Positions 49,481-64,000 of a stretch of DNA of 64,000 nt are shown piece after piece. The notes beneath the pieces are model-generated. The model was not told the origin of the DNA. It worked only from the letters and a program-made list of their open reading frames with translations, and ran no database searches. The stretch covers positions 133,483 to 197,482 of the forward strand of contig JALONQ010000002.1 in the NCBI GenBank assembly GCA_025454835.1, in the 5' to 3' direction. Position 1 is the stretch's first letter. Each line of letters starts with the position of its first letter. The stretch is from Bacteroidota bacterium. Lineage in GTDB: Bacteria > Bacteroidota > Ignavibacteria > UBA10030. A program made the position numbers and the translations under genes.

Positions 49481-50869
49481 CTATCCTCGCGGCACCGAAG
49501 CCATCACAGCAATCGTTGCATCGTCTTCAAGTTCCTTGCCGTTCCCGAATTCCGAAACGTGTCTGAAGATCCCGTCGAGAAGCGTTTGTGCGTCTTCCGA
49601 TGCGTGGTGACCCAAGTAGGCCGCCAGTCGGTCTTCTCCGAACTGGTCACCGACGGCGTCGGTGTGCTCCAGGATGCCGTCTGTGCAGCACACCAAGATA
49701 TCCCCCGTTCGGAACGGCATGGATCGGGTCGGCACTTCCGGCAGGGTGGGCATGACGCCGAGCGGCATCGTTCCCCGGGGTAGCCGCCGGACGCCGTCTG
49801 ACGACGCGACCATAGGCGGCACATGCCCGGCACAGACGTACTGCACCTCGCCTCGGTGCGGCATAATATGCACGGCCAGGAACGTTACAAAGGTCTTCCG
49901 GTCCGTGCTGCGAAAGATCAGGTTGTTCAGTCGCTCAACGAAGGCTTCGAGTCCCTGGAACTCCTCCGCCAGCAGATGGACGGCCGCTCGGACCTCGGAC
50001 ATGATGAGCGCCGCGGGAGCGCCCTTGCCGGAGACATCGGCCACGACGACGAGAAGGGTTCCGTCCTGAACTTCCAACGCGTCGTAGTAGTCTCCGCCGA
50101 CGGCCCGGCCTTGCCGCACGGCGCCAGCGCAGGCGAGTCCGGGGATCTTCGGCAGATCGTGTGGCAGCAACTGGGATTGCACCTGCGATGCCAGTCCCAT
50201 CTCCCAATCCAGGGACTCCTTGGCTTGGCGAGAGGTCAACTCATGTTGCACGAGAGCTGTGATGACGCGCCGCGTGTAGCGCGCTTGATACGCCACGAGG
50301 ACGACGAACAAGGTCAGGATGACGATCTTCGTCGTCTGACCGATCAGGGTCACATCCGCACTGAACAGTTCGCGATCGTAGCCCGCATTCACGAGCGTCA
50401 CGGATCCGGAGAGGAGGAGCGAGAGGAGGAGCCCGCAGTACATGACGACGGCGGCCCCACCGGCGACAAGCGTGAGCGTCCGGTCGAACCGGAATGCAGT
50501 CAGGGCGATGATCGGGAAGAGAATGAGGAAGACGTAGTTCTTGAGGGCGACCGAAGGGATCTCGATGCTCGCGTAGAGACCGAGCAGCAGAAAGACCGAT
50601 CCGACGTCCATCAGGGATGTGACGTATTTGATCGTCGGATGGTAGCCATGTCGGCGCAGGATGACCACGACCGCCAGACTGTAGGTATAGCCAAACGCCA
50701 GCACGCTGAAGTTCATCGCGCTTGCGACGGTCGATACGGCGCCGAGGTTCAGGCCAGCGATGACCGTGAGGAGGCACAGGAAGCCAAGCCGGACCGCGCC
50801 GGCGAGCCGCTCCGCCTTCTTTTCCTCTTGGACAAGCGCTGTTACGAGTCGTTGATGGAGATCTTCCAT
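49481..50869 (-). CDS. Membrane-anchored PP2C/SpoIIE (RsbU-like) phosphatase
   Basis: N-terminal TM helices. VGGDYYD, VADVSGKGAPAALIM, FVTF, CAGHVP, CTDGILE, DDATI. ATG 50869 preferred. Confidence 0.88.
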   Translation of the reverse strand: MEDLHQRLVTALVQEEKKAERLAGAVRLGFLCLLTVIAGLNLGAVSTVASAMNFSVLAFGYTYSLAVVVILRRHGYHPTIKYVTSLMDVGSVFLLLGLYASIEIPSVALKNYVFLILFPIIALTAFRFDRTLTLVAGGAAVVMYCGLLLSLLLSGSVTLVNAGYDRELFSADVTLIGQTTKIVILTLFVVLVAYQARYTRRVITALVQHELTSRQAKESLDWEMGLASQVQSQLLPHDLPKIPGLACAGAVRQGRAVGGDYYDALEVQDGTLLVVVADVSGKGAPAALIMSEVRAAVHLLAEEFQGLEAFVERLNNLIFRSTDRKTFVTFLAVHIMPHRGEVQYVCAGHVPPMVASSDGVRRLPRGTMPLGVMPTLPEVPTRSMPFRTGDILVCCTDGILEHTDAVGDQFGEDRLAAYLGHHASEDAQTLLDGIFRHVSEFGNGKELEDDATIAVMASVPRG

Positions 50870-51076
50870 GGGGGTCGTCTGGTAACTTGCTGATATGGGA
50901 CGGCGATCAGGTGCCCCCAGGCGCACCTTCGGTCAAGCAGTGCAACGCCGTGCCGTTCTGCGGACCTCCGTAGAACGCGCTTACCTCGATCCTTTCGTGG
51001 AGCGACAAGACCCTTGGCGCCCGGCTTCTCAGGAACGGTCGGTCCTCATGAGCCACCGGCGGTCTTCCGCTCTTCG

Positions 51077-51496
51077 TCAGAACTCCACCCTGAGATCCTC
51101 TACATCCAGCCGCTTCACCCCTCCTTCTGAGACCAACGAGGCCAGGTCGCTTTGGATGGAGGCCGGATCCAATCCGTTGTGCTCCGCCGTCTGCCACAGC
51201 CACTGAAGCTCGCTCGGATGGAGTTCATTGTCGGCCGATGCGATCCGAAGGCCGTCCTTGATGAACTTCGCCGCCAATTCGGGCGAAGAGAACTTCGGAG
51301 GTGCGTCGACAATATGCTCGTTCTCAAGGATCTCTCTGACAGCGTTCTCGCAGAATTCTCTCTCAAATCCCAGCGATTGCCCGACGCGCAGGACGAGGTC
51401 CACTTCAGGCGTGGACATCTTGTTGTCCTTGCGAAGAAGAAGCAGGAGGCCTTTGAAGTAGCTGCTGCCGTCGAGGACGGAGATCGAGCGGGTCAT
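51077..51496 (-). CDS. TerB/DjlA-N-like small protein
   Basis: YFKGLLLLLRKDNKMS..E; FIKDGLRIASADNELHPSELQWL (ADxxxxxxE pattern). Confidence 0.6.
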   Translation of the reverse strand: MTRSISVLDGSSYFKGLLLLLRKDNKMSTPEVDLVLRVGQSLGFEREFCENAVREILENEHIVDAPPKFSSPELAAKFIKDGLRIASADNELHPSELQWLWQTAEHNGLDPASIQSDLASLVSEGGVKRLDVEDLRVEF

Positions 51497-51503
51497 AGGA
51501 TGA

Positions 51504-51587
51504 GCGAGATGGAAGTAGCAGGATGAAAGCAGGAAGATGGGAGTAGGCAGATCAAGGATCGAAGATCAGGATAGGAGGAAGTCAGAA
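51504..51587. repeat. Degenerate purine-rich heptamer tandem tract
   Basis: GCGAGAT GGAAGTA GCAGGAT GAAAGCA GGAAGAT GGGAGTA GGCAGAT CAAGGAT CGAAGAT... Confidence 0.75.
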
Positions 51588-51788
51588 GCAGTCGATGAAC
51601 TGGGGTTTTGGGTTCGATCCCGAACCGGTCTTGGAGGATACCGAGCGCTGATGAGCACTCCATGACATCTCAGCGGAGATCGGGGGCGCCTGGGTGGATC
51701 TTTGTGAAACGCCGTATTCCTGTCGCTGCCTGCATAGGCTTCTCTTGGGAGTTGGTATATGGCCCTCTAAGGTCTGTTGGGAGTCTGC

Positions 51789-52757
51789 TCACCCGACGCC
51801 GTACCGTTCTCTCAAGACCCCCACATGATGTCTCACATGTCCTGCCATGACATACGCAATGGCCCTCACGGTGACCGGATGACCGCTGGCGGTCCCAACA
51901 TGGGCCCACTCGGGGGCGCCAAGGGTGTACAGATGGATCAGGTTGGCGGACCGCACGGCCGTGAACTCGCGCACGAGATCACGAAGGGTGCGCGCATCGT
52001 TCCGAGAGTGCGTCACATACTTGTTCTCGTCGAACGACGGCAGATGCGCCAATTCACCCCGGCTGAAGCAGAAGGCCCTCACGCCGAAGATCCGCTCGGC
52101 GTCGATCAGGTGGCCGAAGACCTCGCGGATGCTCCATTTACCCGGGGCATAGCGGAAGCTTTCTTGGCTGGGCATGACGAGGGCGGCGGTGTGCTGGAGG
52201 ACGAGCGTCTGGTCGTGCAGGACGGTGACAATGTTCGCCTCGGGAACCAGTGTTACGTAGCGTTTGTAGTAGGCGGCGTACTCCGTCTCGAGCGGGGGAG
52301 TCGGGACGGTCCCGATCGGGTGCGACGGGGGGCCGCTGTGGGCCGGGTGGATGGCGCCGACGGCCAGGAGCGTGGTGAGCAGGTTGGCCGCGCCGCCGTG
52401 CTCGACGATCTTCCCGTTCAAAATACGGTCCACATTGACGCCCGAATAGACGAGCGGCTTGCCGGTGGGGGGAATGCCGAGCCACTCTCCCTGGTGCGTG
52501 CCGCGGGCGATGATGGACGTGGCGACCCAGTCCCCTTCAGCGATCTGGCCCTCAACGGTCAGGTGGAGGTCCGGGTAGGTGCGGCGGACGCCGCGGATAT
52601 GTTCGGCGGCGCCGGGGATGCCGACCTCGTGCCGTCGGCCGTCGTAGACCTCGGTATAGTGCAGGTGGATGAAATCATCGATGCGGGAGACGTCTCCTGT
52701 GTTTACGACGTCTTCGATGTAGCGACGGACCAGATCTTTGTTGTCGGCGGTAGCCAT
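51789..52757 (-). CDS. Fusion of SnoaL-like ester cyclase and DinB-family domain
   Basis: NKDLVRRY...AYPDL-like RTYPDLHLTVEGQIAEGDWVA...GTHQGEWLGIPPTGK. Pro/His linker. YAPGKWSIREVFGHLIDAERIF...LPSFDEN...AGHVRHH. Confidence 0.8.
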   Translation of the reverse strand: MATADNKDLVRRYIEDVVNTGDVSRIDDFIHLHYTEVYDGRRHEVGIPGAAEHIRGVRRTYPDLHLTVEGQIAEGDWVATSIIARGTHQGEWLGIPPTGKPLVYSGVNVDRILNGKIVEHGGAANLLTTLLAVGAIHPAHSGPPSHPIGTVPTPPLETEYAAYYKRYVTLVPEANIVTVLHDQTLVLQHTAALVMPSQESFRYAPGKWSIREVFGHLIDAERIFGVRAFCFSRGELAHLPSFDENKYVTHSRNDARTLRDLVREFTAVRSANLIHLYTLGAPEWAHVGTASGHPVTVRAIAYVMAGHVRHHVGVLRERYGVG

Positions 52758-52972
52758 GTCGACCTCCGTCAGTCCATGGAATCGTCATGATGACGTGTGG
52801 CGTCATGTACACGGTCGTTGCATCGCATTGCGCGGCTTCGCGCCGATGCCGGAGGAGAAGACGCCTGCGACATTCGGCATCAGCAACTTAGGAGGCCGTC
52901 CGAGGATAGTCAAGGAGCCACGGAAGATCGATTTCGTTCACTCATGACGCGCGCTCTCATTCCTGAGGCACA

Positions 52973-53443
52973 TCACTTCTCGTTGGCGATCCTGTGATAC
53001 AACGTCTCCACCGCCTTGGCCTCCGCCTCTCCCGGCATGATGTTGTACGCCGTGATCACCAGCTCGTCAACGCTCTTGAGTTCGTATTCCGTTCGCCAGC
53101 CCCACGGAGGATCGTCGGCGATATCGTACTGGCCGTTGACGCTGAAACCGCGCTCGGTGGCGGGACCCAAGGAAACGAGGACAGCGTAGTTCATGTGGAA
53201 GTCGTCCACCCACGTTACCTGGTACTGCTTCGTGACGCCGTTCCGCGCGATGAGCTCTTCGCCATGCCGCGGCTTGCCTTTCATCGACCCGCGATAGACA
53301 TGCCGCACGAATTTGCCTCGGAATACTTCGGTGAATTCACCCTCCACGTTCGACTCATCCTCCAACTTCCCCGGCTCGAACCAGGTGCGACAGGTTCCGC
53401 CCCAACGGCCGATCAGTGAACGAAAAAGGTCCTCGTGTGTCAT
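52973..53443 (-). CDS. DUF1579-like protein
   Basis: LIGRWGGTCRTWFEPG, TWVDDFHM, WGWRTEY, LVITAYNI..GE.EAKAVET.Y. ATG 53443 preferred. Confidence 0.7.
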   Translation of the reverse strand: MTHEDLFRSLIGRWGGTCRTWFEPGKLEDESNVEGEFTEVFRGKFVRHVYRGSMKGKPRHGEELIARNGVTKQYQVTWVDDFHMNYAVLVSLGPATERGFSVNGQYDIADDPPWGWRTEYELKSVDELVITAYNIMPGEAEAKAVETLYHRIANEK

Positions 53444-53625
53444 GCGACCTCTCTGTGCTTGACAGAAGGTAGGCGGGGAGAGCGGGGAAGTCAATTGTGA
53501 GAGGAGCATACGATCAAGCGCCACCACCCCTTGCCCTTCCTCGAATCAGAAGAAATCAAGAAAGAGGAGGGGATCTCGTGAAGTCCCGAAGCGCGATCAT
53601 CTACTTGGATCGGGTTCTTTGCCCC

Positions 53626-53662
53626 AAAACACAAAGGGCCGACCCATGAGGCCAGCCCTTTG
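53626..53662 (-). terminator. Intrinsic terminator downstream of the FmdB-like gene
   Basis: On the minus strand CAAAGGGC...GCCCTTTG followed by TGTTTT. Confidence 0.7.
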
Positions 53663-53721
53663 CAACCGCTTTCCGATTGACTATTCTCTATTCACCCTTC
53701 TCTCTCTGTACGTCTCAGATC

Positions 53722-53958
53722 TCAATTGTGGCTGCACGCCCCCCCACAGCATCCCCCGCCACTTTCGCACGAAGGCGCCGAGGAGAACGAGGATGACGTT
53801 CCGCCGTTCATCACCGCCGCTGCGGGAACGCTCATGAGCCGCGTGTGTTTGGCAGAATGACACGATGGACAGACAACGTCCTCGATAACCTCGCGGGTCT
53901 TGTGGTAGATGTCGTACGTCGAACCACAGTCGGTGCAACGGTAGTCGTAGATGGGCAT
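53722..53958 (-). CDS. FmdB-family zinc-ribbon protein
   Basis: MPIYDYRCTDCG...VVCPSCHS...RLMS, Cys/Gly-rich tail. Confidence 0.9.
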   Translation of the reverse strand: MPIYDYRCTDCGSTYDIYHKTREVIEDVVCPSCHSAKHTRLMSVPAAAVMNGGTSSSFSSAPSCESGGGCCGGACSHN

Positions 53959-53964
53959 GGTGGG

Positions 53965-54099
53965 AAGAGTAGGAAGTAGTCAGTAGTAAGTAAATAGACT
54001 GGAGCGGTTGTTCCTTGGATGCTTGTATTGGAGAAAGGTTTCAGAGACACCTTCCATTGCTCCTTGCTTCAGTCTTGCCATTGTCGACTCTATACTTAT
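53965..54099. repeat. Heptamer tracts: purine-rich arm (53965-53999) and pyrimidine-rich arm (54053-54099) around a ~50-bp spacer
   Basis: AAGAGTA GGAAGTA GTCAGTA GTAAGTA ... TCCATTG CTCCTTG CTTCAGT CTTGCCA TTGTCGA CTCTATA. Confidence 0.65.
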
Positions 54100-56865
<2,766 letters not shown>

Positions 56866-57210
56866 CGTGCGTCCGCGATGGAAATGAAATGATCTCACGC
56901 CACGACGCTACGTCGCAATGGCATTGAGTTAACGGGTCTCAGTGAAAAAATATAGGCAAAAAGTCTCAGCGGGGGAAGCGATTCTGAGGTCCGCTTCAGC
57001 ATGGAGAGCAATGATTACGTATCTTATTGTCAAGTTTCCTGAACATCGCGTCGTTGCGACCTAGCGGTGGAGTATGTCACCGCAGACCTGCCTGCCAGTT
57101 CAATGTGCAATACGCGGCAGGCAGGGACGCTGGACGCAAATCTGTAGAGGTAATTGCTGAGATCTTGCATTGCGTCTTTGCGCCTTAGCGGTTGACATAA
57201 TTTTTCTCCC

Positions 57211-57597
57211 ATGCCAGATACGACCTTCCCCAAGCACACGGTTTTGATCGTCGATGACGAAGATGTCATTCGGGATCTCATCGTCGACGTCGTGGCCGAC
57301 AGCGGCTATCGGGTGTTGTCGGCGGCAAACGGCGGCCAGGCGGTCGACATCGTGCGCGCCGAGAAGGGGGCCATCGACATGGTCCTGTTGGACATGCTGA
57401 TGCCCGATATGGACGGCCGGCGGACGTACGAGCTGATGCGCGAGATCGACCCGGGCATCCCTGTCTACATTGCCACCGGCTTCGGCCGCGAAGATATTTC
57501 AAAATCACTGCTGGAGATGGGCGTTCGCGGCGTTGTGACGAAGCCCTTCCACATCGAAGAGATCCTCAACCTGATCAAGTCGAACCTTCGCAGCTGA
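57211..57597 (+). CDS. Single-domain response regulator
   Basis: VLIVDDE, VLLDMLMPDMDG, ATG, TKPF. Confidence 0.9.
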   Translation: MPDTTFPKHTVLIVDDEDVIRDLIVDVVADSGYRVLSAANGGQAVDIVRAEKGAIDMVLLDMLMPDMDGRRTYELMREIDPGIPVYIATGFGREDISKSLLEMGVRGVVTKPFHIEEILNLIKSNLRS

Positions 57598-57600
57598 CCA

Positions 57601-58509
57601 GTGCGCGACGTCTCTGCAAAGACCACCTCACTCCGCATGGCCACCGCCCGGGCCGTGCTCCGCGTCGCGCCTTCCACGATCGGCCTCCTGCGTTCCGGAC
57701 AGCTCCCGAAGGGAGATCCGCTTCCCGTGGCACGGATCGCCGCCATACAGGCGGCCAAGAAGACCAGCGACCTCATTCCGTTCTGCCATCCGGTTGACAT
57801 CGAGCACGCCGACTGTCGGTTCGATGTGCAGGCCGACACCGTCGAGATCACGGCGACCGTGACGGCGGTGCACAAGACCGGCGTGGAGATGGAGGCGTTG
57901 ACGGCAGCCAGCGTGGCGGCGCTCACCATCTATGACATGGTGAAGATGGTCGACGACGCCGCGGAGATCCTCACCGTACGCTTGCTCGAGAAGAAGGGCG
58001 GCAAGTCGGACCACCGCAAGCCGCTCTCCCGGCCTGTCCGCGCCGGTGTGCTCATCGTCTCCGATAGTGTCGTGGCCGGCACACGCATCGATGAATCGGG
58101 GAAGCGGCTCGGGGCGAGGCTTGCCGAACAGGGCGTTGACGTGGTCGCGGTGGAAGCGATCGCGGACGAGCGGGCGACGATCGAATCCACGCTGAAGAAC
58201 TGGGCCGATGAGAATCGGTTCGATATCATCTGCACGACAGGTGGGACCGGTCTGGGTCCGCGTGACGTGACGCCCGAGGCAACCTTGGCGGTGCTCGACC
58301 GAGAGGTGCCGGGTGTCGCCGAGGCGATTCGACAATACGGCCAAAACCGGATGCCGACGGCCATGCTGTCGCGGGCGGTGGCCGGGCTCCGTGGGAATAC
58401 GCTCATCGTCAACCTGCCGGGCTCGGTCAGCGGAGTGAACGATGGCCTGGATGCGCTCTTGCCGGGCATTCTGCACGCCTTTGCCATGATAGACGGCGGC
58501 GGCCATTGA
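57601..58509 (+). CDS. moaCB: Bifunctional molybdenum-cofactor biosynthesis protein MoaC/MoaB(Mog)
   Basis: MRDVSAK..TLR.A...KGDPL..ARIAAIQAAKKTSDLIPFCHP, TGVEMEALT, IYDMVK. Then TTGGTGLGPRDVTPEA, NLPGS. Confidence 0.9.
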   Translation: MRDVSAKTTSLRMATARAVLRVAPSTIGLLRSGQLPKGDPLPVARIAAIQAAKKTSDLIPFCHPVDIEHADCRFDVQADTVEITATVTAVHKTGVEMEALTAASVAALTIYDMVKMVDDAAEILTVRLLEKKGGKSDHRKPLSRPVRAGVLIVSDSVVAGTRIDESGKRLGARLAEQGVDVVAVEAIADERATIESTLKNWADENRFDIICTTGGTGLGPRDVTPEATLAVLDREVPGVAEAIRQYGQNRMPTAMLSRAVAGLRGNTLIVNLPGSVSGVNDGLDALLPGILHAFAMIDGGGH

Positions 58510-58563
58510 ATCTCCGCCGCTTTTTCGGTATGTTTCATTCCCGAAAGGGCGGAAGCATTCCCC

Positions 58564-58589
58564 GCCTCGTCCTGATGACGAGGCTTTTT
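58564..58589 (+). terminator. Intrinsic terminator GCCTCGTC-CTGAT-GACGAGGC-TTTTT between moaCB and carB
   Basis: Perfect 8-bp stem followed by T5. Confidence 0.8.
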
Positions 58590-58616
58590 CATATCCGCTG
58601 AATAAAAAAAACATTG

Positions 58617-58720
58617 CCGCAAAGAACGCATAGAGCGCAAAGAAAAGAGTGGGTTGACGGACGTTCTGCCTCCGGACCCCATTTCGTTCCTTCTCTTTGT
58701 GTTCTTTGCGTTCTCTGCGG
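58617..58720. repeat. Palindromic element of 3 x 9-bp units per arm (CGCAAAGAA CGCATAGAG CGCAAAGAA ... CTCTTTGTG TTCTTTGCG TTCTCTGCG)
   Basis: Arms 58617-58644 and 58693-58720 pair with G-U wobbles and few mismatches around a ~48-nt spacer. Confidence 0.8.
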
Positions 58721-58738
58721 CTAATTCTTTTTCTGAAC

Positions 58739-62017
<3,279 letters not shown>

Positions 62018-62123
62018 GGTCCGCCGGTCCTGGCGTCCGCACACCATTCCAATTCTTTTCCCGCGACCGCCGCAATCGTTGCGAGCGCCGCGAGAATTGT
62101 CTGTTTATACTGAAAGCATCAAT

Positions 62124-63326
62124 ATGGAACAACACACGAACGGCTTCTTCGGCCTCGGCATTGCGCCGGGTCTCCTTGATGCCATCGACAAGCTGGGCTA
62201 TACCGAGCCGACCCCCATTCAGCGGAAGGCGATCCCGATCGGCATCGCCGGTCAGGATATCATCGGCATCGCCCAGACGGGCACGGGCAAGACGCTCGCG
62301 TTCGCCGTCCCGATGATCCAGCACCTGGCACAAACAAAGGGCATCGGGCTCGTCCTCGTCCCCACACGCGAGCTGGCGCTGCAGGTCCATGCCACCCTCG
62401 TCAAACTGGCGTCGTCGCAGTCGATGCACACCGCCGTCCTGATCGGAGGCGAGTCCATGCGCCCCCAATTGGACGCTCTGCGCAAACATCCGCGCATCAT
62501 CGTCGCCACGCCGGGCCGTCTCATCGACCACCTTGAGCACCGGACCGTGAAGCTCGACGACACCAAGGTCCTCATTCTCGATGAGGCCGATCGCATGCTG
62601 GACATCGGCTTCGGACCGCAGATCGAACGGATCCTCGTCACTGTGCCGAGGGAGCGTCACACGATGCTCTTCTCGGCCACGATGCCCGAGGACATCGTCC
62701 GTATCGCGGCGCAGCACATGAAGATGCCCGTCCGTACGGAGATTGCTCCGGCCGGAACGGCCGCCGAGACCGTCTCGCAAGAGGTCTTCGTCGTTGCCAA
62801 AGAAGCGAAGAGCGCCCTCCTGGCCAAACTGCTGACGCAATACAAGGGGCCCATCCTCCTGTTCTCGCGCACCAAGCGGGGAGCCCACAAGATCGCGCAG
62901 CAACTCAAGAAGCAGGGACACTCCGCCGCACAGATCCACGCCGACCGCACGCTCGGCCAGCGGAAGGAAGCCCTCGAAGGGTTCCGGTCGGGCAAATACC
63001 GGATCCTCGTCGCCACCGATATCGCCGCGCGTGGCCTCGACGTGAAGGGCATCGAACTCGTCATTAACTATGACCTGCCCGACGACCCCGAGAACTACGT
63101 ACACCGCATCGGCCGGACCGGCCGGGCCGGCGTCATCGGCCACGCGGTTTCGATCGCAACGCCGGAACAGGGGAAAGACGTCCGAGCAATAGAGGGGATC
63201 ATCCGTACCTCGATCACACAGTCCGAACACCCCGACGTTCAGTCGGAGAAGCTTGTGAGGTCGAATGTCTGGAGCACGAATCGCCGCAGGAGCATGATCA
63301 CCGGAGTCAAACGACGCCGACGCTAG
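62124..63326 (+). CDS. DEAD-box RNA helicase (RhlE-like)
   Basis: AQTGTGKT, PTRELA, TPGRLIDH, DEADRMLD, SAT, TDIAARGLD, HRIGRTGRAG. Confidence 0.95.
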   Translation: MEQHTNGFFGLGIAPGLLDAIDKLGYTEPTPIQRKAIPIGIAGQDIIGIAQTGTGKTLAFAVPMIQHLAQTKGIGLVLVPTRELALQVHATLVKLASSQSMHTAVLIGGESMRPQLDALRKHPRIIVATPGRLIDHLEHRTVKLDDTKVLILDEADRMLDIGFGPQIERILVTVPRERHTMLFSATMPEDIVRIAAQHMKMPVRTEIAPAGTAAETVSQEVFVVAKEAKSALLAKLLTQYKGPILLFSRTKRGAHKIAQQLKKQGHSAAQIHADRTLGQRKEALEGFRSGKYRILVATDIAARGLDVKGIELVINYDLPDDPENYVHRIGRTGRAGVIGHAVSIATPEQGKDVRAIEGIIRTSITQSEHPDVQSEKLVRSNVWSTNRRRSMITGVKRRRR

Positions 63327-63355
63327 AAGAGCGACCGCAAGTCGAATTGCTCGGA

Positions 63356-63380
63356 AAGGCCCCCTCTGGGGGCCTTCTCT
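63356..63380 (+). terminator. Hairpin AAGGCCCC-TCTG-GGGGCCTT plus CTCTT after the helicase
   Basis: Perfect 8-bp stem about 30 nt after the stop. Confidence 0.65.
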
Positions 63381-63572
63381 TCATTGGGCCAGACCACATT
63401 CATCCCGCTGGAATGGCACGAATTCGATGAATTTGCGTCCAATGAAGGTTGGCCGCTTGCGTGAAAATCGGACAAGTCCTAAATTGAAACATTAAGGGTG
63501 ATGAATTCACGCTCTACTTTAAGCAACAGGCGGTTCGACCAAGATCTCCGAAAAGGGATGCATACCTTTGCC

Positions 63573-64000
63573 ATGAAATGGCCTCTGGAAGCCGTCAGTT
63601 TTCTGCTTGTTTTGGCACTGGTTGGGTCTGTCCCAGTTGTCGCACAAGTGGCATCGCCACCCATTCAACGTTCTGCGGCCGAAGACCAGGATTACACCTT
63701 CTGCCACGGTCTGTTCCAGGACAAACTCTACGCTCTTGCCAAAGAGCAGCTCGAAGCATTCGTACAAAAGTATCCTTCCAGCATTCGCCGACAGGACGCC
63801 CTCTTCCTCCTGGGGGAATGCTCTTATCACCAGGGCGATTTCGCAGATGCCCTGACGACCTACGCTCGATTGATCGGAGAGTTCCCCTCGGCGGCACTGA
63901 CAGACGACGCGCATTTTCGGATGGGACAGGCCAACCTGGCCTTGAAGCGTCCGGCCGAGGCCGTCGGCTCGTTCAAGAGGGTCATCGACGATTTTTCGGC
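63573..64000 (+). CDS. Secreted tetratricopeptide-repeat protein (N-terminal part, runs off the window)
   Basis: Own translation from ATG 63573: MKWPLEAVSFLLVLALVGS...LYALAKEQLEAFVQKYPSS...ALFLLGECSYHQGDFADALTTY...AHFRMGQA; open to the end. Confidence 0.8.
   Translation, partial: MKWPLEAVSFLLVLALVGSVPVVAQVASPPIQRSAAEDQDYTFCHGLFQDKLYALAKEQLEAFVQKYPSSIRRQDALFLLGECSYHQGDFADALTTYARLIGEFPSAALTDDAHFRMGQANLALKRPAEAVGSFKRVIDDFS

Noticed and set aside
50941-50956. Sigma-54 promoter-like CGGCACG-GCG-TTGCA on the minus strand
   Set aside because: GG-to-GC spacing is 9 rather than the strict 10 nt.
51606-51630. tRNA T-arm-like GGTTCGATCCC
   Set aside because: No acceptor stem, D-arm or anticodon arm around it. 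It is better explained as the small hairpin GGTTCG-ATCC-CGAACC.
57005-57033. TTGACA on the minus strand as the acnA promoter
   Set aside because: No credible -10 hexamer at 16-18 nt spacing.
58540-58590. Hammerhead ribozyme (GAAA and CTGATGA both present)
   Set aside because: Only 3 nt separate the putative cleavage site from CTGATGA, so stem I cannot form, and CTGATGA is the loop/arm of a terminator hairpin.
58530-58601. Leader peptide MFHSRKGGSIPRLVLMTRLFHIR upstream of carB
   Set aside because: The Arg codons are dispersed, there is no clear RBS, and the ORF runs through the terminator, so it does not fit a ribosome-stalling attenuator.

Overview
GC-rich bacterial chromosome segment, most likely from an Ignavibacteria-like FCB-group organism (inference from five T9SS type-A C-terminal domains of the YPNPFN type, a PorV-like barrel and a TonB-dependent receptor without SusC/SusD hallmarks). 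About 1.7-39 kb is a large beta-glucan utilisation locus with non-canonical architecture. It opens with an orphan sugar-binding protein, an atypical histidine kinase and a sigma-54 activator. These are followed by a non-catalytic multi-CBM T9SS protein, a TonB-dependent receptor, a ~1140-aa uncharacterised protein with a divergent CTD, and a PorV/PorQ-family barrel. The rest comprises four GH3, two GH5, two GH16, a GH9, a clan GH-A hydrolase, a GluP-type permease, a ROK kinase and a SurA/parvulin-like chaperone. No SusD is present. One GH3 gene is split by a single in-frame TAG just upstream of its secretion signal. The remainder holds a TetR-controlled YbhGFSR-like ABC/TolC efflux operon, assorted accessory genes, acnA, a moaC-moaB fusion, carB, a DEAD-box helicase and the start of a TPR protein. 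Intergenic DNA at 40.9-58.7 kb repeatedly carries 7-, 9- and 10-bp periodic purine/pyrimidine tracts. No rRNA, tRNA, CRISPR array or transposase was recognised. All family assignments are from motif reading, not database searches.
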